A stretch of 64,000 bases of DNA from a virus (Duplodnaviria > Heunggongvirae > Uroviricota > Caudoviricetes): IMG/VR virus record IMGVR_UViG_3300043399_000676; one strand, given 5' to 3'. This document shows positions 1 to 7,276 of the stretch, in pieces; position 1 is the stretch's first letter, and every line of letters starts with the position of its first letter. The notes under the pieces are model-generated. The model saw only the letters and a list, made by a program, of their open reading frames with translations. It made no database searches and was not told the origin of the DNA. A program made the position numbers and the translations under genes.

Positions 1-57
1 ACCACAGTTTGCAAAAAACATTCAAGCAAAATTGGGAGACCTTTTTAGTAAGAAGGC

Positions 58-86
58 TTGACAAGGCATAAATAATATATTATGAT
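58..86 (+). promoter_or_regulatory. sigma70-like promoter (TTGACA-17-TATGAT)
   Basis: TTGACA at 58-63, 17-nt spacer, TATGAT at 81-86. Confidence 0.4.
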
Positions 87-212
87 TAACTCTATGTTTA
101 CATTTTGGTCTTCGCCCGCTAATTTATTAGCCGACGCAACCATTTTGGGGACAATAAGTTCAAGAGAACGGATGCGGGGTTAAAATAACAAGAAAGTAAC
201 GTTGTAATTTTA

Positions 213-245
213 GCCCCGAAGATTAAGTTGTTCGGGGCTTTTTTA
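213..245 (+). terminator. rho-independent terminator
   Basis: GCCCCGAA…TTCGGGGC stem followed by a T7 run, immediately upstream of the HNH gene RBS. Confidence 0.7.
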
Positions 246-259
246 TTAAGGAGAGGATA

Positions 260-835
260 ATGGCTGTTTTAGCCTTAGATGTATCAGGTATTCCAAGACA
301 ATGGATCTCTTTCGATGAAGCGATCACTTATCATGCAAAAGATGCAGTAGCATGGAGCATGGGTGAAGTGGTTGCAAGATATCGCGGTGGTCTAAGCCGT
401 ATTAATGGTGGTCAAAGTGTGATCGAGACTACTAGCATCATTGCGGTTAAAGGTCATGGATTTGATCCAAATAGGTTCAGTCGTGTCTCTCTCACTAATC
501 GTACACTGTTCAAGCGTGACTTGAATATGTGTGCTTACTGTGGAAAGCAGTTTTCAGGCATTCACAGTCTTAGCCGTGATCACATTGTTCCTAAGAGTAA
601 AGGTGGTACTAACACTTGGATGAACGTTGTGACTGCATGTTGCGATTGCAATAGCAGGAAGAGTGACAAGACCTTGCAACAAGCTAGGATGGAGCTTCTG
701 TATCTTCCCTATGAGCCAAATCATTGGGAGAACTTGATTCTTCAGTCTCGCACAATTCTTGCGGATCAGATGGAATTCTTGATGGCAGGAGTACCTAAGC
801 ATTCTCGGGTACTCAAAAATCCTGAGTTTCATTGA
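260..835 (+). CDS. HNH homing endonuclease
   Basis: HNH motif CAYCGK…SRDHIVPKSKGG…NVVTACCDCNSRK; RBS AAGGAGAGG; free-standing gene next to the tRNA cluster. Confidence 0.75.
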   Translation: MAVLALDVSGIPRQWISFDEAITYHAKDAVAWSMGEVVARYRGGLSRINGGQSVIETTSIIAVKGHGFDPNRFSRVSLTNRTLFKRDLNMCAYCGKQFSGIHSLSRDHIVPKSKGGTNTWMNVVTACCDCNSRKSDKTLQQARMELLYLPYEPNHWENLILQSRTILADQMEFLMAGVPKHSRVLKNPEFH

Positions 836-843
836 AATAATGC

Positions 844-872
844 TTGACACAAAGTAGTTAGTAGTATATAAT
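844..872 (+). promoter_or_regulatory. sigma70 promoter with conserved GCTGAGAAATCAGC leader
   Basis: TTGACA-17-TATAAT; downstream leader hairpin GCTGA-GAAA-TCAGC at 881-894, shared with the promoter at 1166. Confidence 0.6.
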
Positions 873-951
873 TTGTAAATGCTGAGAAATCAGCAACGCT
901 CTTTAACAATTTGTTGGTTGACTAAATATACGATCTTACAAGGATCGTGAT

Positions 952-1149
952 ATGTCTGAACAGTTACCAAACGCTTATGAACTCAAGGTGAGAATCTTGG
1001 GGAACGAGGTTTTTGCGGTCGCAATAGGTAGTAGCAGCGATAGCAATAGGTGGATTGCTCTAGGTTTGATCACGATCTTTTCACTAATGATTGTGTTGGG
1101 TGCTTACGGTGACAAGCTGGTTGCACTCTATCAATATCTAGTTGGCTAA
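952..1149 (+). CDS. small hypothetical membrane protein
   Basis: ORF with a hydrophobic segment (WIALGLITIFSLMIVLGAYG); preceded by a promoter plus leader. Confidence 0.4.
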   Translation: MSEQLPNAYELKVRILGNEVFAVAIGSSSDSNRWIALGLITIFSLMIVLGAYGDKLVALYQYLVG

Positions 1150-1165
1150 CAAACTGTTAAAGGGC

Positions 1166-1194
1166 TTGACAGTAAAGCAAGTAGGCAGTACAAT
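1166..1194 (+). promoter_or_regulatory. sigma70 promoter (TTGACA-17-TACAAT) with GCTGAGAAATCAGC leader
   Basis: -35/-10 consensus; leader GCTGAGAAATCAGCAAAGCTCTTTAAAAAT at 1206-1235 is nearly identical to 881-910. Confidence 0.6.
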
Positions 1195-1270
1195 GCTTGC
1201 ATACGCTGAGAAATCAGCAAAGCTCTTTAAAAATCTATCGTGTTCTCAAGGCTGATGTATAAATAGTAGT

Positions 1271-1879
1271 ATGAAACCTACTTATTTATATGTTAAGACC
1301 CACAAAACAGGGTTGAAATATTTCGGTAAAACAGTTAAGGATCCCTTTGTATATAAGGGCTCCGGTGTTGTTTGGCTGCGCCATATCAAAAAATATGGTA
1401 ATGATGTTTCAACTGAAGTTTTAAACAACGGTTTACCATTTATTACTCCGGAGACACTGTCCGAAGCTGCGCTAAAGTTTAGCAAAGATAACAATATTGT
1501 TAAATCTGCTGAATGGGCTAATCTCATGAATGAAGATGGACTCACCGGTGGCGACTTCACACAAGGATACTCGGAATCCGAGTATAAAAAATTGTGCGAA
1601 CAAAACAGGCGAGCAAAGTCTCCAGAGACTATTGAAAAGCAAAGGCTAGCATCAATCATCAGTCAAAATAGACCTGATGTAAAGATGAAAAAGAGTTTGA
1701 ATGGTAAAATAGCGCAAAACAAACCTGAACAAAAACAACGCCTTAGAGATAAGGCAAAACAGTCAATTAAAGACGGCACGCATCCAAGTCAATGGACCTG
1801 GTCTTGTTCGTGTGGTGTATCAGGTAAAGGTAAATCTAACTTCAATAGATACCACAAGAATTGCGCTAAAAAAGTTTGA
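1271..1879 (+). CDS. GIY-YIG-like homing endonuclease (Seg-like) with NUMOD3-type repeats
   Basis: N-terminus TYLYVKTHKTGLKYFGKT resembles GIY…YIG; C-terminal repeated basic K/R…KSxE motifs like NUMOD3. Confidence 0.5.
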   Translation: MKPTYLYVKTHKTGLKYFGKTVKDPFVYKGSGVVWLRHIKKYGNDVSTEVLNNGLPFITPETLSEAALKFSKDNNIVKSAEWANLMNEDGLTGGDFTQGYSESEYKKLCEQNRRAKSPETIEKQRLASIISQNRPDVKMKKSLNGKIAQNKPEQKQRLRDKAKQSIKDGTHPSQWTWSCSCGVSGKGKSNFNRYHKNCAKKV

Positions 1880-2181
1880 AGGACGGCAATCCGTCAAAAG
1901 GTCTGATATTTCACCTCTGTGATCCGCTTTGCCGAGCGTCTCATAGAGAGTCCTAATAGTGTAGTGGTAGCACAACCGCCTATCGGCGGAAAGCGAGGCG
2001 TTCGATTCCCTCTCAGTGTTTATGAAACGTCAGCCTTGAGAACATGATAGACAAGATTGATTGTAGTAGCTCGCAAGCAACCGCAGGACTTGCGTTAAAA
2101 AGATGCGGAGTCAGGTGAGGTTAGCACTTTAGCTAATCCGCAGATAGTACTGACAGTAATTCGCTGCTATGATCAAACTTG

Positions 2182-2212
2182 TGCTTTACATCAAAGTAAG
2201 TAGGCAGTATAA
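2182..2212 (+). promoter_or_regulatory. putative promoter upstream of the tRNA cluster leader
   Basis: TTTACA-19-TATAAT; flanking AAGTAGGCAGTAtAATGCTT block conserved with 1176-1200. Confidence 0.4.
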
Positions 2213-2511
2213 TGCTTACATTGATTGATCGCTCTTTAAAAATTCGAAGTCATCTTAAAGCTAATTGCCGACGACAACGCCCAGAAGAATAGCTAGGCAC
2301 TATTCTCGTCCGTAGTCGCTAGCCTAGCGAGAGGTTCTGACCGGATATACGATACTCAACATGTTAGAGGGATTGAGTATCATGCGAAAGCACTATATGC
2401 CTAGTTGGTTGACATTATACTTATGCTATTTCCAATGTATACTTTAAACTGATACATTAATATATTATTCGACCTTGCAGTTAGCTTTAACGTGACTTTG
2501 TAACGAAAATT

Positions 2512-2596
2512 GCCCCGGTGGCGAAATAGGTAGACGCGAGGGACTTAAAATCCCTTCCTGAAAGGGGTGCCGGTTCGAGTCCGGCCCGGGGCACCA
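2512..2596 (+). tRNA. tRNA-Leu (anticodon TAA)
   Basis: Cloverleaf by hand: acceptor GCCCCGG/CCGGGGC, anticodon loop CTTAAAA, long variable arm, T-arm GCCGG-TTCGAGT-CCGGC, encoded CCA. Confidence 0.9.
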
Positions 2597-2692
2597 TATT
2601 GAAGCACATTACTTGCCCGTCCGTAAACGACGAGGAAAACTACTGAAGAAACAGGTTCGAATCCTGGGGACTGGTAGTGTGTTTCAATATGG
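2594..2692 (+). ncRNA. structured spacer element, copy 1 (terminal helix CCATATTGAAGCACA / TGTGTTTCAATATGG)
   Basis: Long terminal inverted repeat pairing with G·U wobbles only in RNA; internal T-arm-like CAGGTTCGAATCCTG; starts at the CCA of tRNA-Leu. Confidence 0.4.
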
Positions 2693-2878
2693 TAAAAGAG
2701 TAATTAACTTTTACTATTATCGGAAGTCATGACTCCGATGATCCGTGGTAGTTTAAAGGTAAAACGCAGCGAGGCGTCGGTTCGATTCCGACCTAGGGGG
2801 TAATGAACTCACTAGTAGCTTAATTGGAATAGAGCGCAGCGAGATAAGGGTATCGTAGTCCCTTCCACAATGGATCAA

Positions 2879-2967
2879 CTATATTGAAGCACATTCAAAT
2901 AGTTCAAGGTAACAATGCCCGAAAGGGAGACGAACTGAAACTGTTACCAGAGTGTGTTTCAATATGG
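2879..2967 (+). ncRNA. structured spacer element, copy 2
   Basis: Same terminal arms ATATTGAAGCACAT…GTGTGTTTCAATATGG; different interior. Confidence 0.4.
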
Positions 2968-3033
2968 TTGAAGGGTTTGTTTTAGGAACTGGACTTAATG
3001 TCACATTAGAGCATCACTCTAGACTTCAACCAT
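2966..3033 (+). ncRNA. hairpin RNA (GGTTGAAG…CTTCAACC) ending in CCA
   Basis: 8-bp perfect stem closing a ~50-nt interior; 3' end …CTTCAACCA abuts element copy 3. Confidence 0.3.
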
Positions 3034-3136
3034 CATATTGAAGCACATTAGAACTTCTGCGGGCAGACATTTCCCAGTAAGCCTTAAGCTGAAAAGAGAC
3101 GCAACAGTTCGACTCTGCTAGTGTGTTTCAATATGG
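3033..3136 (+). ncRNA. structured spacer element, copy 3
   Basis: Terminal arms CATATTGAAGCACAT…TAGTGTGTTTCAATATGG; internal CAGTTCGACTCTG T-arm-like hairpin. Confidence 0.4.
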
Positions 3137-3247
3137 TCAGTAAGGGATAGATCGGAGCGAAACAAGGATGCTAGTCACATTCGATGTCGTGAAGGAATCA
3201 CCTGAAGTCGGGGCTGAAAATTTCGTGACTGAAATGATGTCTCGACA

Positions 3248-3327
3248 CCATATTCAAACACATTAAAGGGCGCCCCTAGTACCAATAGGGAATCAAGGGC
3301 GAGATTGCTGAGTGTGTTTGAATATGG
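3248..3327 (+). ncRNA. structured spacer element, copy 4 (compensatory C/G swap in the helix)
   Basis: Arms CCATATTCAAACACAT…GTGTGTTTGAATATGG; the G→C change on the 5' arm is matched by C→G on the 3' arm relative to copies 1-3. Confidence 0.45.
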
Positions 3328-3338
3328 TAAAATAGTTG

Positions 3339-3368
3339 TTGACAACAAGGCTAGATTAGAATATAATC
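3339..3368 (+). promoter_or_regulatory. sigma70 promoter for the downstream tRNA block
   Basis: TTGACA-18-TATAAT immediately upstream of tRNA-Met. Confidence 0.55.
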
Positions 3369-3390
3369 TTCTTCGTTGTTAAAGATTTTC

Positions 3391-3467
3391 GCTTCTGTAG
3401 CTCAATTGGTCAGAGCAGAGGTCTCATAAACCTTTGGTTGGGGGTTCAAGTCCCTTCGGAAGCACCA
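3391..3467 (+). tRNA. tRNA-Met or tRNA-Ile2 (anticodon CAT)
   Basis: Acceptor GCTTCTG/CGGAAGC, D-arm GCTC…GAGC, anticodon loop CTCATAA, T-loop TTCAAGT, CCA encoded. Confidence 0.85.
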
Positions 3468-3539
3468 AGTTTTAGGATTCTTTCAGCAAACTTCAAACTT
3501 TTACTTTATGAAAAAGAAAAAGGAATCCTGTAATAACAT

Positions 3540-3613
3540 GCGGGTATCGTATAGTGGTAATACCTCAGCCTTCCAAGCTGAAGCGAGGAGTTCGATTCTC
3601 CTTACCCGCTCCA
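3540..3613 (+). tRNA. tRNA-Gly (anticodon TCC)
   Basis: Acceptor GCGGGTA/TACCCGC, anticodon loop CTTCCAA, T-arm AGGAG-TTCGATT-CTCCT, CCA. Confidence 0.9.
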
Positions 3614-3619
3614 TAATAC

Positions 3620-3711
3620 GGAGACATGGCCGAGTGGCCTAAGGCAGCAGGTTGCTAACCTGTCGAGTCATGCAAATGGCTCCGTGAGTTCGAATCTCAC
3701 TGTCTCCGCCA
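3620..3711 (+). tRNA. tRNA-Ser (anticodon GCT)
   Basis: Acceptor GGAGACA/TGTCTCC, anticodon loop TTGCTAA, long variable arm, T-arm GTGAG-TTCGAAT-CTCAC, CCA. Confidence 0.9.
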
Positions 3712-3717
3712 AGTTTT

Positions 3718-3794
3718 CTGCCCGTAGCTCAGTTGGATAGAGCAACGGATTTCTAATCCGTTGGTCGGGGGTTCGAATCCCTCCGGGCAGGCCA
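3718..3794 (+). tRNA. tRNA-Arg (anticodon TCT)
   Basis: Acceptor CTGCCCG/CGGGCAG, D-arm GCTC-AGTTGGATA-GAGC, anticodon loop TTTCTAA, CCA. Confidence 0.9.
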
Positions 3795-3834
3795 AAAATA
3801 AATCGCACTATTTTTAGTGCATAAATAAAACATT

Positions 3835-3909
3835 GCCTCAATAGCACAGCGGTAGTGCAACGGTTTTGTAAACCGTAGGTCGGGAGTTCGAATCTCTCTT
3901 GAGGCACCA
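3835..3909 (+). tRNA. tRNA-Thr (anticodon TGT)
   Basis: Acceptor GCCTCAA/TTGAGGC, anticodon loop TTTGTAA, T-loop TTCGAAT, CCA. Confidence 0.9.
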
Positions 3910-4068
3910 AACATTTCTACAAAGATGACTTCGAATTTTACAGAGAAATTTATCGCAATCGGTAGTATGTTACTATCCGCAGTTATAATTCTTTACATCT
4001 CATGCTGGCATTTCTGATAATCACATTATCACTCGTACTTTCAATCTACCTTTATTGGAAAGTAATCA

Positions 4069-4413
4069 ATGAACCAACTTCATGCACAGGTGACTGCAAC
4101 CAAGGAAGAAATTGTACTTGCCGCACTAAAACAACTTCTGACGATTCCCAGACCTAGAATTCTATGCAAGGACGGAGCATCGATTTCCGTCCAGGCTAAT
4201 TCTAACTGCTATTGCTCTCCTAGAAACGACACTGGTCCTTATACCCACGTAGAAGTGGGATATCCTTCACATCCTTTCCCTGAGGCTGTGACTTACAAAG
4301 AAGATTTTGATGCAGACGACTGCGACACGATCTTTGCTTATGTGCCCATTGAGCTAGTGGAAGCCTGGATATATTCACACGGTGGGTTCGCTCCCATAGA
4401 ATCTGAAAAATAA
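4069..4413 (+). CDS. hypothetical protein
   Basis: ORF with an upstream GGAAAG RBS, + strand, same direction as its neighbours. Confidence 0.45.
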   Translation: MNQLHAQVTATKEEIVLAALKQLLTIPRPRILCKDGASISVQANSNCYCSPRNDTGPYTHVEVGYPSHPFPEAVTYKEDFDADDCDTIFAYVPIELVEAWIYSHGGFAPIESEK

Positions 4414-4415
4414 CC

Positions 4416-4610
4416 ATGGAACAAGTGTACAGCACCATTGTGTTTTATTGGAGCAACAAAGGCACTAAGAGTGAATATATCGCCCATAACAGAACTCTTT
4501 CTGATGCGCTAGATGTTGCTAAAGATTTTGGATACAAGCCCAAGACTTGGTATGATCCTCGCACCTGGGGAAATTCCTACACCACTTACATTAGGATTGA
4601 CAAAAAGTAA
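4416..4610 (+). CDS. hypothetical protein
   Basis: ORF closely packed against the upstream gene (ATG 2 nt after its stop). Confidence 0.4.
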   Translation: MEQVYSTIVFYWSNKGTKSEYIAHNRTLSDALDVAKDFGYKPKTWYDPRTWGNSYTTYIRIDKK

Positions 4611-4631
4611 GTTTGGGTATATCATGTATAC

Positions 4632-5153
4632 ATGAAATCACTAACTCAACACCTCACGGAACGTCATCTCAATCTTGACTTGCATCGTCCGATGCTAGAC
4701 GAGACGGAGAGGGTAGTCACGTTCTACTTGTGGAATCTTAGTGGGCAACTAGTGGGATATCAGCAATATCGCCCCGAAGGAGCAAAAGTAGGACAAAAAA
4801 ATCCCAAAGAGGCTAAGTATTTTACTTATCGAAAGCAACCCACACTGGCGCTTTGGGGACTTGAAAGTCTACACTTGAGTCCCGATGTGGTTTTTCTGAC
4901 AGAGGGAGTTTTCGACGCTGCTAGGCTCACTGAAAAAGGATACAGCGCACTTGCAGTCCTTAGCAACGATCCTAGTAGAGACCTAGCCAACTGGCTCAGT
5001 ATGTTGAATCGCAAGGTGGTTGCAGTTTGCGACAATGACAAAGCTGGAAAAAGGCTTGCCAAGTTCGGAGACGTTGCAGTCTTTACGGACGAGAAGGACC
5101 TCGGAGACAGTACTGAAGAATTCGTGAACGAGTTGCTTGCAAAATATGCTTGA
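4632..5153 (+). CDS. Toprim-domain protein
   Basis: Toprim signatures VVFLTEGVFDAARL (Glu) and VVAVCDNDKAGKR (DxD). Confidence 0.5.
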   Translation: MKSLTQHLTERHLNLDLHRPMLDETERVVTFYLWNLSGQLVGYQQYRPEGAKVGQKNPKEAKYFTYRKQPTLALWGLESLHLSPDVVFLTEGVFDAARLTEKGYSALAVLSNDPSRDLANWLSMLNRKVVAVCDNDKAGKRLAKFGDVAVFTDEKDLGDSTEEFVNELLAKYA

Positions 5154-5203
5154 CAAATAATTAATTTGGGCATATAATAGCTTCATACACTGAGAAAACG
5201 GAG
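5150..5203 (+). promoter_or_regulatory. early promoter plus conserved leader module, copy A
   Basis: TTGACA-17-TATAAT fused to the leader AGCTTCATACACTGAGAAAACGGAG (SD GGAG); repeated at 5702, 15685 and 34474. Confidence 0.65.
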
Positions 5204-5209
5204 ATTCTG

Positions 5210-5446
5210 ATGACTTACGAATTCATTCAAGTGACTGCCCGCAAAGACAACGGCGACTTCGCCCTGTGCAGCAACCTGTCTCTCATGGATTGTGAGGGTC
5301 TGACGCCCAAGCAGGCTGTGCGTAAGTTGCAGGTCATGGCTGACAGCTATCAACTGAACGGGTATTCCATCGAGTGGACTCGCGAGGTCATGGGGGCTGA
5401 TGAGGTGGAATTTTGGGGTCCTCTGTTTGACAAAGCTGCGGCTTAA
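5210..5446 (+). CDS. hypothetical protein
   Basis: ATG 7 nt after the GGAG of the conserved leader. Confidence 0.5.
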   Translation: MTYEFIQVTARKDNGDFALCSNLSLMDCEGLTPKQAVRKLQVMADSYQLNGYSIEWTREVMGADEVEFWGPLFDKAAA

Positions 5447-5456
5447 GGAGAAATAT

Positions 5457-5705
5457 ATGAACGAACGAATCCAAAAACTTGCACGGGAAGCGTTCATTAA
5501 AGAACGTAAAGAGTTCAGTGCGGACTGGAAAGAAAGCGAACTCTCGGAAGCTCTCCTGGAAGACTTTCAGGTAGTGTTTGAAAATTTCGCTGAGTTGATC
5601 GTGGCCCAATGCGCGGAAATGGTCGCTAACGACCCCCGAATCAACTGGCTCGATGCTGCTCAAATCGCCAAGGAAATGCGCGAAAAATTTGCAGAAAAGG
5701 CTTGA
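5457..5705 (+). CDS. small protein, 'FAELI-xx-(E/Q)C' paralogue family member
   Basis: Start moved to the ATG at 5457 (RBS AAGGAG); motif NFAELIVAQCAEMV shared with the ORFs at 9578, 9960 and 10621. Confidence 0.5.
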   Translation: MNERIQKLAREAFIKERKEFSADWKESELSEALLEDFQVVFENFAELIVAQCAEMVANDPRINWLDAAQIAKEMREKFAEKA

Positions 5706-5755
5706 CAATAAAAGATTTCGGGTATATAATAGCTTCATACACTGAGAAAACGGAG
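5702..5755 (+). promoter_or_regulatory. early promoter plus conserved leader module, copy B
   Basis: TTGACA-17-TATAAT plus AGCTTCATACACTGAGAAAACGGAG. Confidence 0.65.
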
Positions 5756-5761
5756 CAAAAG

Positions 5762-6058
5762 ATGACCAAATTTGACAAGTCCAAGTTCACTGCGGGTGAG
5801 TATGTGATGTACGAAGGTCGGTTCGTCGCCCGCTTCAAGCGCGGTCATCGTGCTAGCTTTCTGAGCTTTCTGGTGAAGAACTTCACGGTCGAGGAGTACT
5901 TCCAGAAACTCGAGGTCGAGAAAATGGCCCCGCTGGAAATCCTCAAGGAAAAGGGTTACATTCTCCCGCACATCCGCAAGTGGCTCAAAGAAGCGGGACT
6001 GCCCGAGACTCCCGAAGGGCTGCAACTCTTCCTCAACCGTCAATACAATCGCGCCTAA
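5762..6058 (+). CDS. hypothetical protein
   Basis: Start placed at the ATG after leader copy B; the track ORF start at 5702 lies inside the promoter. Confidence 0.5.
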   Translation: MTKFDKSKFTAGEYVMYEGRFVARFKRGHRASFLSFLVKNFTVEEYFQKLEVEKMAPLEILKEKGYILPHIRKWLKEAGLPETPEGLQLFLNRQYNRA

Positions 6059-6072
6059 TTTAGGAGATTTAA

Positions 6073-6312
6073 ATGACTTCTCTTTCTACTCAGATCATTC
6101 GCAAACTGGCAGGCAAAGATGCTACTATCTTCAATGATTGCATGAAGGATGGTACTCGCAGTTATAAGGTCAGTGGTTGGACTATGGCTGACTATGAGAA
6201 AGCTGTGGTGCTGCTCAAGGAGCAGGGCATCTATGGTTGGATCGTCAAAGCCCGCCCTTACTATGCAGGTCGCGGTGGCAAGGTTGTTCAGAATATTCGT
6301 CTCCGCGTGTAA
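6073..6312 (+). CDS. hypothetical protein
   Basis: RBS TAGGAGA then ATG. Confidence 0.45.
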   Translation: MTSLSTQIIRKLAGKDATIFNDCMKDGTRSYKVSGWTMADYEKAVVLLKEQGIYGWIVKARPYYAGRGGKVVQNIRLRV

Positions 6313-6315
6313 CAG

Positions 6316-6344
6316 TTGACAGTAAAAAATTTCAGTAGTATACT
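6316..6344 (+). promoter_or_regulatory. sigma70 promoter (TTGACA-17-TATACT)
   Basis: Consensus -35 and -10 with 17-nt spacing. Confidence 0.5.
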
Positions 6345-6375
6345 CTGAAAAATCGTTCCTAAATAGGAGAACAAA

Positions 6376-6585
6376 ATGAGTGTCAAGGTGAAAAGTTCGG
6401 AAGCGACTGTGTTTAACGAAGAGCAATTGGTTATCATTTCCGAATTTGACGGTCGTTATCAAACGAACAAGGTTATTGCTAAAGTAATTAGTCATAATAT
6501 CAGTACGGATCAATATCTGCTTGCTTTGGCAGATGGGAGTTGGAAGTTGGCATTTGGTCGTAATCTCCGTTCGATTGGGTTTTGA
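6376..6585 (+). CDS. hypothetical protein
   Basis: RBS ATAGGAGA then ATG. Confidence 0.45.
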   Translation: MSVKVKSSEATVFNEEQLVIISEFDGRYQTNKVIAKVISHNISTDQYLLALADGSWKLAFGRNLRSIGF

Positions 6586-6612
6586 ACAGCATTCTAATCA
6601 AAAGGATTGAAA

Positions 6613-6888
6613 ATGGCAACGATTAAAGAGATCAATTCTAGCATCATGTTCGGTGAGTTCACCAACGAGGAACTCGACTCCATCATCATGGCAGTCAAGT
6701 TTGCTCGCGGGCAGCTTGTCAAGCAAGCTAGGACCACGTTGGTGAAGGGAAGCAAAGTCAAGTTCACTAGCACCCGCACTGGGCAACTGGTGGTTGGTGA
6801 GGTGGTTGAAGTTAAGCGAAAATACATTCATGTTCGCTCCGGTGCTACCACGTGGCGAGTTCCTGGAAATATGTTGAACGAGGCCTAA
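6613..6888 (+). CDS. hypothetical protein
   Basis: RBS AAAGGA then ATG at 6613. Confidence 0.4.
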   Translation: MATIKEINSSIMFGEFTNEELDSIIMAVKFARGQLVKQARTTLVKGSKVKFTSTRTGQLVVGEVVEVKRKYIHVRSGATTWRVPGNMLNEA

Positions 6889-6949
6889 AGTTATAAATAA
6901 CAATGCAGAAGATAGACTTCTGCATATAATTAATTCTAAGGAGTTTAGA

Positions 6950-7276
6950 ATGTCTACTGAAACGATTGCTTCAATCGAAGCTGAGATTGCCCTACAAAAG
7001 GAATTGCTTGCTTCTCTAGAACGCAAGCTGGAAAAAGCTAAAAAAGAATCCCCGAATTGCCAACTTGCAAAAGAGTTGCACGGTATGCTCTGTACTGTGA
7101 ATCACACCGATGGTTGTTCCTGGTTTTATGAAGTCAAAGATGGCGAGGATGACTGGACCGGATACTCGCACGGAATGTACCTGAAAAAAGCACAAAAGCT
7201 CATTCATGAGTGCAAGCAAAAAGGTGTTACTGTGGAACAGGCTCTTGAACTGCACAAATTGCTTAAGGGTATCTAA
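6950..7276 (+). CDS. hypothetical protein
   Basis: RBS AAGGAG; coiled-coil N-terminus. Confidence 0.45.
   Translation: MSTETIASIEAEIALQKELLASLERKLEKAKKESPNCQLAKELHGMLCTVNHTDGCSWFYEVKDGEDDWTGYSHGMYLKKAQKLIHECKQKGVTVEQALELHKLLKGI

Noticed and set aside
1944-2020. Possible tRNA with a D-arm-like AGTGGTAG and GGCGTTCGATTCCC
   Set aside because: The anticodon region folds as a CCGCC-TATC-GGCGG tetraloop hairpin, not a 7-nt loop, and no acceptor pairing could be found. Kept only as a tRNA-like remnant in the findings.
2724-2800. Possible tRNA containing GTCGG-TTCGATT-CCGAC
   Set aside because: No complementary 5' acceptor strand, no D or anticodon arms that fold, and no encoded CCA (all seven confirmed tRNAs encode CCA). 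It may be a tRNA-like fragment or a pseudogene.
2594-3327. CRISPR array hypothesis for the repeated ATATTGAAGCACAT / GTGTGTTTCAATAT units
   Set aside because: The repeats occur as inverted pairs that form helices, with spacers of very unequal length and with covariation. There are no direct repeats of uniform length and no cas genes.
3668-3910. 80-aa − strand ORF across the tRNA-Ser/Arg/Thr genes, and a similar − ORF at 18163–18354
   Set aside because: These are translations of tRNA antisense strands (GFEP/FELP peptides are typical of T-arm sequences). Not coding.
6055-6513. 152-aa − strand ORF
   Set aside because: The overlapping + strand small genes have good RBSs and the local operon polarity is +. 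Antisense artefact.
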